A stretch of DNA of 64,000 nt from Mangrovibacterium sp. (GCA_047971925.1 JBKEAC010000085.1:10794-74793), one strand, 5' to 3'. Counted from the stretch's first letter, positions 37,616 to 47,111 are shown. Notes: a model not told the origin generated them from the sequence alone. Numbers and translations are program-made.

Positions 37616-39866
37616 ACCCGCGACCTTCTTAAAACACCTTTTTATTCATTTTTAATTTTGTCCATGAATCAAGTTTACAACCTAAGTAAAAAGCTTCTTC
37701 TATATTATGCATTGTCATTTATCTTTTCTTTCACCATTCTGCACAACGCATTGGCGCAAACAAAAGTAAATGCCGATTCGTTGTTTTTAGTTGCTCGACA
37801 GTATTCTTTTGATGGCAAATACAATAAAGCTTTGCAAATTTCCGACTTAATTTTAAGTCAGAATCCCAACTATTTTGATGTTTCGTTGCTAAAAAGTCGC
37901 ATTTATTCATGGCAAGGAGATTACACAACTGCTGAAAAAATAGCCTCTGAGGTTTTAACTCTTGACCCGAAGAATTATGATGCTTATGATGCGCTATCGA
38001 ATATCTATCTATGGAACAATCAATCGGAAGAATGCATCTTAACAATCAACAGAGCTTTATATTTCTTTGAAGATGATATCAACCTCTTAATAAAAAAAAC
38101 AAAAGCCTTACTCCTTCTTCAAAACTTTGAAGAGGCGCAAGAAACTCTTGATATTTTATCAGAATTAGACCCACAAAATCCTGAAATTAAAAAACTCAAA
38201 GATAGAATTACAGTAGAAGCAACAAGCAATACTTCTACTGTCAATTTAGATTCTCTCTTCGCTGTTGCCAATAACTATGCTGCGAAAAAAGAGTACACTA
38301 AAGCTCGAAATACTGCTTCTGAGGTATTGGCAATCTATCCTCAATATACCGATGCGCAGCTTCTAATTGCTAGAACTCAAGCTTGGGAAGGAAATTATGT
38401 GTCTGCACAAAAAGAAGTGAGCGATGTACTAAGTAAAGATGCTAAAAACTACGATGCGATCTCATTACAAAGCGATATATATTTCTGGAATGGAAAGTAT
38501 AATCAATGTATTCTGTTCATCACTCAGGCTCAATCCATCTATCCGAAAGATATTTCTTTACTAACTAAAAAATTTAAAGCACAAGTTGCACTCAACGATA
38601 ATGAGAGTGCTAATGAAACTTTAAAATTGCTAGAAGTTCTAGATCCAGAAAACAAAAGTGTGAAGGCTGAAAAAAACACAAAGTAAGCCCTATCAAGTAA
38701 ACTCGGATCCGATAGCTAAGTAATTTGACTTTTTTGTCTAAGCAAACTCAGCATCGACTAAAAAGATGCTGTGCTAAACTCGCTGCCCTCTCAAAACACC
38801 TTTTTATTCATTTTTTTATTTTGTCCATGAATCAAGTTTACAATTTAAGTAAAAAGCTTCTTCTATTTTATGCATTGTCATTTATCTTTTCTTTCGCTAT
38901 TCCACACAACGCATTGGCGCAAACAAAAGTCAATGCCGATTCGTTGTTTTTAGTTGCTCGACAGTATTCTTTTGATGGCAAATACAATAAAGCTTTGCAA
39001 ATTTCCGACTTGATTTTAAGTCAGAATCCCAATTATTTTGATGTTTCGTTGCTAAAAAGTCGCATTTATTCATGGCAAGGAGATTACACAACTGCTGAAA
39101 AAATAGCTTCTGATGTTTTAACTCTTGACCCAAAGAATTATGATGCTTATGATGCGCTATCGAATATCTATCTATGGAACAATCAATCGGAAGAATGCAT
39201 CTTAACAATCAACAGAGCTTTATATTTCTTTGAAGATGATATCAATCTTTTAATAAAAAAAACAAAAGCCTTACTCCCCTTAAAAAACTACGATGAGGCG
39301 CAAGAAACAATTAATCGGTTATTAGAATTAGACCCACAAAATCCAGCTATTAAAAAACTCCAAGATAGAATTAACTTAGAAGCATCTGGCAATGCAACTA
39401 CTATCAATTTAGATTCTCTCTTCAGCGTTGCTAATAGCTATGCTATGAAAAAAGAGTATACTAAAGCTCGAAATACAGCCTCAGAGGTATTAGCAATCTA
39501 TCCTAAATATACCGATGCACAGCTGCTAATTGCTAGAACTCAAGCTTGGGAAGGAGATTATGCATCTGCACAAAAAGAAGTGAGCGATGTGCTAAGTAAA
39601 GATGCTAAAAACTATGACGCAATCTCATTACAGAGCGATATTTACTTCTGGAATGGAGAATATGACCAGTGCATTCTGTTCATCACTCAGGCTCAATCCA
39701 TCTATCCGAAAGATATTTCTTTACTAACTAAAAAATTTAAAGCACAAGTTGCACTCAACGATAATGAGAGTGCCAATGAAACTTTAAAAATGTTAGAGGT
39801 TCTAGATCCTGAAAACAGTGTATTGAAGGATGAAAAAGAAAAGATAGCACTAAGCAAGCCCTATAA
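37591..39866 (+). repeat. Tandem duplication, period about 1163 bp (copy 1 37591-38693, copy 2 38754-39866)
   Basis: The last about 25 bp of the receiver gene, the intergenic region, the signal peptide and the whole TPR region are repeated. Both ends of the unit are nearly identical between copies, while the middle third is visibly more diverged. Confidence 0.9.
37664..38686 (+). CDS. Secreted tetratricopeptide-repeat protein (barrel-less paralogue of the downstream gene)
   Basis: ATG at 37664 (the ORF track TTG is at 37658), with a signal peptide ending ALAQ and multiple TPR units. The stop codon falls at a position that is internal in the paralogue. Confidence 0.75.
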   Translation: MNQVYNLSKKLLLYYALSFIFSFTILHNALAQTKVNADSLFLVARQYSFDGKYNKALQISDLILSQNPNYFDVSLLKSRIYSWQGDYTTAEKIASEVLTLDPKNYDAYDALSNIYLWNNQSEECILTINRALYFFEDDINLLIKKTKALLLLQNFEEAQETLDILSELDPQNPEIKKLKDRITVEATSNTSTVNLDSLFAVANNYAAKKEYTKARNTASEVLAIYPQYTDAQLLIARTQAWEGNYVSAQKEVSDVLSKDAKNYDAISLQSDIYFWNGKYNQCILFITQAQSIYPKDISLLTKKFKAQVALNDNESANETLKLLEVLDPENKSVKAEKNTK

Positions 39867-40620
39867 AAATATTATCAAAGTTGAATATAACTACGAAACC
39901 TTCAAGAAACCATGGGAAAGAATGTGGAGCATGACTGGTTTGTCATATGGCAGACGCACATCGAAATATGGCGACTATTATGCCAATATTTTCATGGGTG
40001 ATTTGATTTTACCTGGTGAAAAATTTGGTTCCGATTTAGGCCTACAATTCGAGCTCGAATGCTACCCAAAGATTGACAACAATAACACTTTTTTCTTTGC
40101 CTACGCCTATTCGCCTAGCCCAATTTTTGCTACCCATCGATTAGGTGTTGAATATTATCGAAGTTTTCCAAACATTATTGATGCTTCATTAGGATATCGC
40201 TTCATGAATTTCTCGACAGATGTTGAAGAAATAGTTAATGTTAATGTACTTACCACATCAATTTCAAAATATCTTGGTAATTATTGGCTCTCTTTTCGCC
40301 CCTATGCCGTTTTTGTGAGTAATGTCGATAAGGTTAATTCTTCATATCAAATCATAGGTCGAAAATATCTTGCACGCCCTGAAAGTTTTATCGGATTAAC
40401 ATTAGGGTATGGTGTAAGTTCTCCCGATGACAGCTTTTTTCAGAACAATGCAGGAACAGCGCCTCTTTATAAAACCTACACTACACAAGCACAATTCAAA
40501 TACAAACTTTCCTCTTTACTAATCATTGATTCTTATTTAGGCTATGAAAATGCAGAATATAAACCCAATTCACATCGTGGGCAAATAAATTTTAGAATTG
40601 CAATTCAATGCTTACTTTAA
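38827..40620 (+). CDS. TPR + C-terminal outer-membrane beta-barrel protein (YaiO-like; PgaA/BcsC-type export porin architecture)
   Basis: ATG at 38827. The ORF-track extension from 38725 is the duplicated 3' end of the receiver gene. The N-terminal about 330 aa are TPR. The C-terminal about 260 aa show amphipathic beta-strands (LGVEYYRSF, SLGYRFMNF, YWLSFRPYAVFV, IGLTLGYGV, QAQFKYKL, IDSYLGYENAEY, INFRIAI). Confidence 0.7.
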   Translation: MNQVYNLSKKLLLFYALSFIFSFAIPHNALAQTKVNADSLFLVARQYSFDGKYNKALQISDLILSQNPNYFDVSLLKSRIYSWQGDYTTAEKIASDVLTLDPKNYDAYDALSNIYLWNNQSEECILTINRALYFFEDDINLLIKKTKALLPLKNYDEAQETINRLLELDPQNPAIKKLQDRINLEASGNATTINLDSLFSVANSYAMKKEYTKARNTASEVLAIYPKYTDAQLLIARTQAWEGDYASAQKEVSDVLSKDAKNYDAISLQSDIYFWNGEYDQCILFITQAQSIYPKDISLLTKKFKAQVALNDNESANETLKMLEVLDPENSVLKDEKEKIALSKPYKNIIKVEYNYETFKKPWERMWSMTGLSYGRRTSKYGDYYANIFMGDLILPGEKFGSDLGLQFELECYPKIDNNNTFFFAYAYSPSPIFATHRLGVEYYRSFPNIIDASLGYRFMNFSTDVEEIVNVNVLTTSISKYLGNYWLSFRPYAVFVSNVDKVNSSYQIIGRKYLARPESFIGLTLGYGVSSPDDSFFQNNAGTAPLYKTYTTQAQFKYKLSSLLIIDSYLGYENAEYKPNSHRGQINFRIAIQCLL

Positions 40621-40628
40621 AGCTTCTA

Positions 40629-42029
40629 ATGAAACGAAAACATTTAATAAGCGCTCTAGTATTAATCTCAATCTGGGCTCTTATATTAGCATCTACCGCC
40701 TATGGATTCTGGAATGCCATTCAACACTATTCTCCAGAATCATTAGCAGAAGATCAAGCTATCGCCGATGCTGAATGGGAAGCTCGTCAAAAAGTTATTG
40801 ATGCAAAAAGTGCTAACTTCCCGATTGGTCATCAAGTTAAAGCGCTTCGTCCATCTACACATCCATTAGCTATAAAAATGCGTCATTCCATTCGATATTT
40901 TCTGCATGGAATGATCGATTTTTCTTTGCCTGAAATATGGTCAACTAAAGTCAAATCGAACATTGAAAATATCATCGGGATTCCCCTAATCACCATGATG
41001 TTTCTAATGACATTAATATTCAATACTCTCATTCCTATTATCGGAACAATATTATTTTTAGCCACATTCCGAAAAGAATATAAAATTCAATATAGAGAAC
41101 AACTATTATCTAGATACGAAGAAGTGATGATGGAATATCTTTTCGGAGAATTGCCAGCGAAAGAAGTAGCTCTCGAGATGCGTAAAGTAACAAGTAAATT
41201 AGGCAAGGATATTTTAATAGAAAGTCTAATGAACTATGAACGCAATCTTTCTGGAGAATATGCCGATCGGATTATATTACTTTATCGACTTGTTGGCTTA
41301 CATCATTTTTCAATGCGAAAAATCAAATCACGACAAACAACGCGGAGAGTGAGCGGCATTCGCGAGTTGTCAAATCTATATCCTTCGGGAGCACTTAAGG
41401 TAATCATTAAATATTTGAATGATAAAAATCATTTAGTACGAAGTGAGGCTCTAATTTCATATGCTTTCCTAGATACTTCTGCATCATATAGCTTTCTAGA
41501 CAATTTGAATAGCGAGTTTTCAACATGGACTCAGCTAAACATTCTTAACTATGTGAAATTACACGAACAAGCTGTTCCTTCATTTCAAAAATGGCTTCAA
41601 TCCTCGAATAACGACGTACAAGATTTTTGTATCAAGATGATTCAATATTTCCAACAAATTGAAAGTGCTCAAGAATTAACTGCCATGATATATCATCCCA
41701 ACAGATACACTCGTGAAAATATCTATCAAGCAATTCGCGCCCTCAATTACGTCGATGCAAAAACGGTATTAATCGGACGTTACTTTGATGAAGTGGCAAG
41801 AAATAAAATTGAAATACTAAAAACTATACGCGAAATTGGCTCTATTGATGATATCGATTTTTTCCTTCTTGCATTAAGTGATGAAAATAGCGTGGAAATC
41901 ATCTTGCTTATATGTAGCATCATTATCGACTTAGCCCCTTCTGGAGAATATCAACTACGAAATTTTGCTGAAGAACGCGATAAAAACTTATTCAAATACA
42001 TCAATTACATAACGAAGAACAAAGCTTAA
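40629..42029 (+). CDS. Membrane-anchored HEAT/ARM-like repeat protein
   Basis: The ORF track starts at 40608, overlapping the upstream stop, and the ATG at 40629 (MKRKHLISALVLISIWALIL) is also possible. The protein has one N-terminal TM helix, a hydrophobic hairpin (IPLITMMFLMTLIFNTLIPIIGTILFLA) and then HEAT-like units (LNDKNHLVRSEALISYAF, HPNRYTRENIYQAIRAL). Confidence 0.6.
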   Translation: MKRKHLISALVLISIWALILASTAYGFWNAIQHYSPESLAEDQAIADAEWEARQKVIDAKSANFPIGHQVKALRPSTHPLAIKMRHSIRYFLHGMIDFSLPEIWSTKVKSNIENIIGIPLITMMFLMTLIFNTLIPIIGTILFLATFRKEYKIQYREQLLSRYEEVMMEYLFGELPAKEVALEMRKVTSKLGKDILIESLMNYERNLSGEYADRIILLYRLVGLHHFSMRKIKSRQTTRRVSGIRELSNLYPSGALKVIIKYLNDKNHLVRSEALISYAFLDTSASYSFLDNLNSEFSTWTQLNILNYVKLHEQAVPSFQKWLQSSNNDVQDFCIKMIQYFQQIESAQELTAMIYHPNRYTRENIYQAIRALNYVDAKTVLIGRYFDEVARNKIEILKTIREIGSIDDIDFFLLALSDENSVEIILLICSIIIDLAPSGEYQLRNFAEERDKNLFKYINYITKNKA

Positions 42030-42031
42030 TC

Positions 42032-44116
42032 ATGAGTGGCATTTGGATTAAAATATGGAGTGAACTTGCTTTCTGGATCGAAAACTATTTGTTTTGGTAT
42101 GCCTTTGTCATGTTCCTATTATACTCCATTCTAGCTATAATATCGGCAATTGTTTTAACACGCTATAGTAAGGAGGCCAATGTAACCAATTACAACGAAG
42201 TACTTTCGTCACCTTACGCACCAATGGTTTCAATTTTAGCACCTGCATACAATGAAGAACTAAACATCTATGAAAATGTTAAAGCTCTTCTTTCTCTCTA
42301 TTACGCAAACTATGAAGTGGTTGTCATCAACGATGGAAGTTCCGATGCAACACTCGACGTAGTAATCAATGAGTTCGACATGGAAAAAGTCGATATCTTA
42401 ATTGATAATAAAATCCATAGTTCTGAAATTCGTGGGGTGTATCGCTCAAGAAAAACATCGCTAAATAACCTTGTCCTAGTTGATAAAATAAATGGGGGGA
42501 AAGCCGACGCTCTAAATGCAGGAATCAATGTTTCTTCGGGTAAATACTTTGTTGCTATCGATGCCGATTGTGTAATTGACCCTTATGCCCTCCAGATATT
42601 AGTTAAACCCTTTCTAGCCGACCAGCAAGGAAAAGAAACCATTGCAGTGGGTGGTGTGATTCGAATAGCCAATTCGTGTGTTATTGAAGGAGGACAACTC
42701 ATCGATATTCAACTCCCGAAACAATTACTTCCCTTATTTCAAGTCATAGAATATAATCGATCCTTTCTCATGGGGCGACTGGCATGGACTAAACTTAATG
42801 GATTACTCATTATTTCAGGAGCTCTGGGAATGTTCAATAAAGAAATTGTAGTGGAATGTGGCGGATACTCCAGATATACAGTAGGTGAAGACATGGAACT
42901 TGTGGTTCGCATGCGTCGATACATGTCGGAAATAGTAAAAAAACCTTATAAAATCGATTATCTTCCTGACCCTTTATGCTGGACAGAAGCTCCTGCAACA
43001 GCCGACATTCTAATTAGGCAACGTAATCGCTGGACTAGAGGAACTATCGAAACTCTCTTTGCTCATTGGAACATGTTTTTAAATCCAAAATATGGCGTGA
43101 TGGGCATGATGTCGCACCCATTCTGGACTTTCTTCGAATGGTTCGCTCCAATCATTGAGTTTGTAGGCATGCTCTATTTTTTGATTCTTGTGTTCTCTGG
43201 GCAAGCCAATTGGACAATCTTCTTCACTTCATTAACATTTATATATGCATTTGCACTCACGCTTAGTGGAATTAGTATATTATATGACCACATTGTCTAT
43301 TTTAAATATCAAAAAATCGACATGGTAATTCGTCAGCTCCTTGCAGCTGCCATTGAACCTTTCGTATATCACCCGATAGTAACTTATGCTGCTCTTCGTG
43401 GAAATTGGGACTATTTTATTCTTCGTAAACGAAATTGGGGGAAAATGCCTCGTGCGGGACTTGGGGGGAAACCTCAAAGTGTGGTTAGCGCAGAAACAAT
43501 CAGGAATAAACAAAACGAAAATGAAACAAATACTCCTGTTGAAGTTCCAAGTGCTCATCAAGAAGCTGCCGAAAAAAAAACATCAAATAACCAGAAAATC
43601 ATTCGCACTATCATTTACATTTCTTTTGCTTTAATTATCGGATATTTCGCTTTCAATCATTTTGCTCAAATAGCTAAGCAAAATGTTAAACAAATAGAAT
43701 CAGTTGACCAAACTCTCGAACGCCTTGCATCGGAAGACTCTGTGCAAAATATCAAAATTAAAAATGCAGCAAATAACATTACTTTGCAGTCTATTTCCAT
43801 ACAAAACAACGTGGAATACAGAGATGGTTATCAAACCTTGATTATTGTAAACTCCATTGAATTAAACCTTAACTTTCAACTCATCGTTGGTAGTTTCAAT
43901 GAGCATGAGAATGCTTTAAACTACATTAAAGCCCTACAAACAAAAAACATTAATGCAGCAATTCTTGCTAAAAGCAACAACATCTACTTCATTTCTGCTG
44001 GTGGATACAATACGCTCAATGAAGCACTCGCTGCTAAACAAAAAATCAATGATAGCAATCCTGAAATAGAAGGCATTTGGATTTATCATCGCAGAAAGAA
44101 TGATTCATTAAACTAA
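42032..44116 (+). CDS. Family-2 processive glycosyltransferase (PgaC/BcsA/NodC-like synthase) with C-terminal SPOR domain
   Basis: 694 aa with motifs VSILAPAYNEE, VINDGSSDAT, AIDADC, GEDMEL and RQRNRWTRG (QxxRW). TM helices flank the catalytic domain. A low-complexity linker follows, then one more TM helix, then a SPOR-like fold (FQLIVGSFNEHENALNYIKAL..AILAKSNNIYFISAGGYNTLNEALAAKQKI). Confidence 0.8.
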   Translation: MSGIWIKIWSELAFWIENYLFWYAFVMFLLYSILAIISAIVLTRYSKEANVTNYNEVLSSPYAPMVSILAPAYNEELNIYENVKALLSLYYANYEVVVINDGSSDATLDVVINEFDMEKVDILIDNKIHSSEIRGVYRSRKTSLNNLVLVDKINGGKADALNAGINVSSGKYFVAIDADCVIDPYALQILVKPFLADQQGKETIAVGGVIRIANSCVIEGGQLIDIQLPKQLLPLFQVIEYNRSFLMGRLAWTKLNGLLIISGALGMFNKEIVVECGGYSRYTVGEDMELVVRMRRYMSEIVKKPYKIDYLPDPLCWTEAPATADILIRQRNRWTRGTIETLFAHWNMFLNPKYGVMGMMSHPFWTFFEWFAPIIEFVGMLYFLILVFSGQANWTIFFTSLTFIYAFALTLSGISILYDHIVYFKYQKIDMVIRQLLAAAIEPFVYHPIVTYAALRGNWDYFILRKRNWGKMPRAGLGGKPQSVVSAETIRNKQNENETNTPVEVPSAHQEAAEKKTSNNQKIIRTIIYISFALIIGYFAFNHFAQIAKQNVKQIESVDQTLERLASEDSVQNIKIKNAANNITLQSISIQNNVEYRDGYQTLIIVNSIELNLNFQLIVGSFNEHENALNYIKALQTKNINAAILAKSNNIYFISAGGYNTLNEALAAKQKINDSNPEIEGIWIYHRRKNDSLN

Positions 44117-44152
44117 ATTGTTTAACTTTGTTTTCCCGAAAATACGAAAGAA

Positions 44153-45439
44153 ATGGATTTACAAGTTATTAAACAACGATTTGGAATTATCGGAAATAAC
44201 CATACACTCAACAGAACTATCGAGGTAGCTCTTCAGGTGGCTCCCACCGATTTGTCGGTTCTTATTACAGGCGAAAGTGGTTCTGGAAAGGAATCTATTC
44301 CTCAAATCATTCATCAAAATTCATCACGCAAACACAATAAATACATTGCTGTGAACTGTGGGGCAATTCCAGAAGGCACTATTGACTCAGAATTATTTGG
44401 ACATGAAAAAGGTTCTTTCACTGGTGCTTTAAACGATCGCAAGGGATATTTTGAAGAAGCAGATGGTGGTACTATTTTTCTTGATGAAATAGGAGAACTT
44501 CCATTATCAACACAAGCTCGACTCTTAAGAGTGCTTGAAGCTGGTGAATATATCAGAGTTGGCTCATCGAAAGTTCAAAAAACAGATATCAGAATTGTTG
44601 CTGCCACAAATATCAACTTCACGAATGCTATTCAAGATGGAAAATTTAGAGAAGATTTATTCTACCGATTAAACACGGTTCCAATTCGGCTTTCTCCATT
44701 GCGAGAAAGAACCGATGATATTTTTCTTCTATTTAGAAAGTTTGCTTCCGATTTCGCAGAAAAATATCAAATGCCATCGATACGTTTAACTCCTGAAGCT
44801 CGATATCTTTTAGAAAACTATCACTGGCCTGGAAATATTCGCCAACTCAAAAATGTTACAGAGCAAATATCAATCATAGAGCAAGAAAAAACAATAACCG
44901 ATGAAATTGTTAGAAGATATCTGCCTGAAGGAGGAAAACCAAACCTCCCCACGCTATACAAAAATGAAGATTCAAAAAATTTTTCTACCGAAAGAGAAAT
45001 ACTGTATCAAGTACTTTTCGATATGAAAAAAGATATGACCGATTTGAAAAAGCTCGTTTTCGATCTAATGAAAGACAGTAACAGCTCTCCAAATGTGTCT
45101 AATGAAAACCAACAGATTATTCATGATTTATATCACAATGACTCCTATGCGAGTGTTGTTAGTCATACTCCTGCTGGCAATAATTCACCTTCTGCATCCT
45201 TCAATAACTCGCCAAGTATAGAACTCGATGATGATATTGAATATTATCATGAAGAACATGCATCGAATGAAATCGATATAATGCGCCTTGCTGAATATGA
45301 GAAAATCGCAATCCAAAAAGCACTAGAAATGTTTAATGGCAACCGACGAAAAGCGGCAGAAAAACTTGGAATTTCAGCCAGAACTCTATACCGTAAGCTA
45401 AAAGAGTATGACCTCCTCGATGGAAGCGTGGACGAATAA
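44153..45439 (+). CDS. Sigma-54-dependent transcriptional activator (AAA+ plus Fis-type HTH, no N-terminal sensory domain)
   Basis: 428 aa with Walker A GESGSGKE, the GAFTGA variant GSFTGA, ESELFGHEKG, Walker B FLDEIGE, the R-finger region and a C-terminal HTH (RKAAEKLGISARTLYRKLKEY). Confidence 0.88.
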   Translation: MDLQVIKQRFGIIGNNHTLNRTIEVALQVAPTDLSVLITGESGSGKESIPQIIHQNSSRKHNKYIAVNCGAIPEGTIDSELFGHEKGSFTGALNDRKGYFEEADGGTIFLDEIGELPLSTQARLLRVLEAGEYIRVGSSKVQKTDIRIVAATNINFTNAIQDGKFREDLFYRLNTVPIRLSPLRERTDDIFLLFRKFASDFAEKYQMPSIRLTPEARYLLENYHWPGNIRQLKNVTEQISIIEQEKTITDEIVRRYLPEGGKPNLPTLYKNEDSKNFSTEREILYQVLFDMKKDMTDLKKLVFDLMKDSNSSPNVSNENQQIIHDLYHNDSYASVVSHTPAGNNSPSASFNNSPSIELDDDIEYYHEEHASNEIDIMRLAEYEKIAIQKALEMFNGNRRKAAEKLGISARTLYRKLKEYDLLDGSVDE

Positions 45440-45527
45440 TGTAATCACTCTGCTTTTATTCCGATTATCTAATAGGACTACTTTAAATAGCGTAATTGAA
45501 TTCTAAATTTAAAACACACCAAAACAA

Positions 45528-46052
45528 ATGAAAGTATATCTACATAAACTGGCTCTCTTAGCCATCATGGCTCAACTAATATTTTTGCCTTTTTCCGCAT
45601 GCAAAATGTCGTACTCTTTCACTGGTGCGGCTCTTGATCCTTCGGTTAAAACATTTGCTGTACTATATATTCAGAATAGAGCTCGATTGGTTAACCCTAA
45701 TCTTAGTCAACAATTAACCGATGGACTCATTGATAAAATTAATCGCCAAACATCTCTTCAAATGATGCAAAATGAGGGAGATCTTGAATTTGAAGGTGTT
45801 ATTTCTGATTATAGAGTAACTCCTGTGAATATTTCTCAAGGTGACCTAGCAGCTCAAAATCGACTTACAGTAACACTGCAAATGAAATACACCAACAACA
45901 AAGACCACGATGCTGATTGGGAAAAATCATTCTCTGCCTATGTTGACTTTGATGCTAACAGATTATTATCTGATGTTGAAGAGTCGCTTGCTGAGGAAAT
46001 TATAGCTCAATTAACCGATGATATTTTTAATGCATCAATAGCCAATTGGTAA
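45528..46052 (+). CDS. lptE: LPS-assembly lipoprotein LptE-family protein
   Basis: 174 aa with a lipoprotein signal ..FSAC followed by the Bacteroidota LptE-type motif YSFTGA. It sits in the conserved position between the sigma54 activator and secG. Confidence 0.7.
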   Translation: MKVYLHKLALLAIMAQLIFLPFSACKMSYSFTGAALDPSVKTFAVLYIQNRARLVNPNLSQQLTDGLIDKINRQTSLQMMQNEGDLEFEGVISDYRVTPVNISQGDLAAQNRLTVTLQMKYTNNKDHDADWEKSFSAYVDFDANRLLSDVEESLAEEIIAQLTDDIFNASIANW

Positions 46053-46615
46053 TGAACAGTTCCATTCTAAATAAATATATAGAAAATCCAGAGCTTCTCA
46101 ATGAGGATAGTCTTATTGAACTCAAAAAAATAGTTCTCGATTTTCCACACTTCCAATTAGCATGGGTTCTATTAATCAAAAACTTAGTGCTACTTGAATC
46201 AGAAGAACTTGATAGCTATTTAGAGAAAGCTTCTTTCTTCATCGTAGATAAACGACGATTATATCACCTGCTATACATCGACCCAAAACTAGCTATGAGA
46301 GAATTGAACTTGAGTAAAAATGAACTAGCCAATTCGAGCAGTACGAAAATAAGCGACAAAAACTCTCCGCTCGAAGAATTAAGTAATCTTGCATTCTCGC
46401 TTCAGCAAAACACACCCTATCAAAATACAAGCGTAAAAAACACGAATAGCTCAGGTGAAAATGACTTTTTCACAGAAACTATGGCCAAAATATACATTAA
46501 ACAAGGATTATTTAAACAAGCAATTACATCTTATGAGAAATTATGTTTGAAATTTCCAGAAAAAAATGCTTACTTTGCCGAACGAATTGAAGAAATTAAG
46601 AAATTAACGAAATAA
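46046..46615 (+). CDS. Hypothetical protein with C-terminal TPR-like helix pair
   Basis: 189 aa, overlapping the lptE stop by 7 nt. The C-terminal sequence [31 protein letters not shown] is TPR-like. Confidence 0.55.
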   Translation: MVMNSSILNKYIENPELLNEDSLIELKKIVLDFPHFQLAWVLLIKNLVLLESEELDSYLEKASFFIVDKRRLYHLLYIDPKLAMRELNLSKNELANSSSTKISDKNSPLEELSNLAFSLQQNTPYQNTSVKNTNSSGENDFFTETMAKIYIKQGLFKQAITSYEKLCLKFPEKNAYFAERIEEIKKLTK

Positions 46616-46621
46616 ATTAAA

Positions 46622-47008
46622 ATGTACACATTAATTACAGTCTTATTAATTATCGCCAGTGTATTCATGGTGTTAATCGTTTTAGTGCAAAACTCAAAAG
46701 GTGGAGGCTTGGCAAGCAACTTTCAATCAAGCAATCAAGTCATGGGAGTTCGCAAGACTAATGATTTCCTTGACAAGACAACTTGGTGGTTGGCTGGAAT
46801 CCTTTTAGTCCTTTCTATTGCAGGTAGTGCTTATATACCTAAAGAAAACAAAGTCCCTGTTGCTACTGAAATGAGTAGCCAAATTAACAACGCAGCAAAA
46901 CAAGCTACTATTCAAACTGAGCCTGTATTTGAAGAAGCTACTGGAGAAGTAAATGCTACTGAAACTAATACTTCTGAAGAAACTGAAGCAAGCGAACCTA
47001 CTCAATAA
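46622..47008 (+). CDS. secG: Preprotein translocase subunit SecG
   Basis: 128 aa with two TM helices, the SecG motif LVQNSKGGGL and an acidic/Thr-rich tail. Confidence 0.85.
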   Translation: MYTLITVLLIIASVFMVLIVLVQNSKGGGLASNFQSSNQVMGVRKTNDFLDKTTWWLAGILLVLSIAGSAYIPKENKVPVATEMSSQINNAAKQATIQTEPVFEEATGEVNATETNTSEETEASEPTQ

Positions 47009-47111
47009 TAATTTCAGCTTTAGAAAATTAATTCTGCTCTTTAGCAGTATTTTTCTCCAGATACGGTTTTCAAAAAATCCACTATCTGGTCAATACATAT
47101 GATTTAAATTT

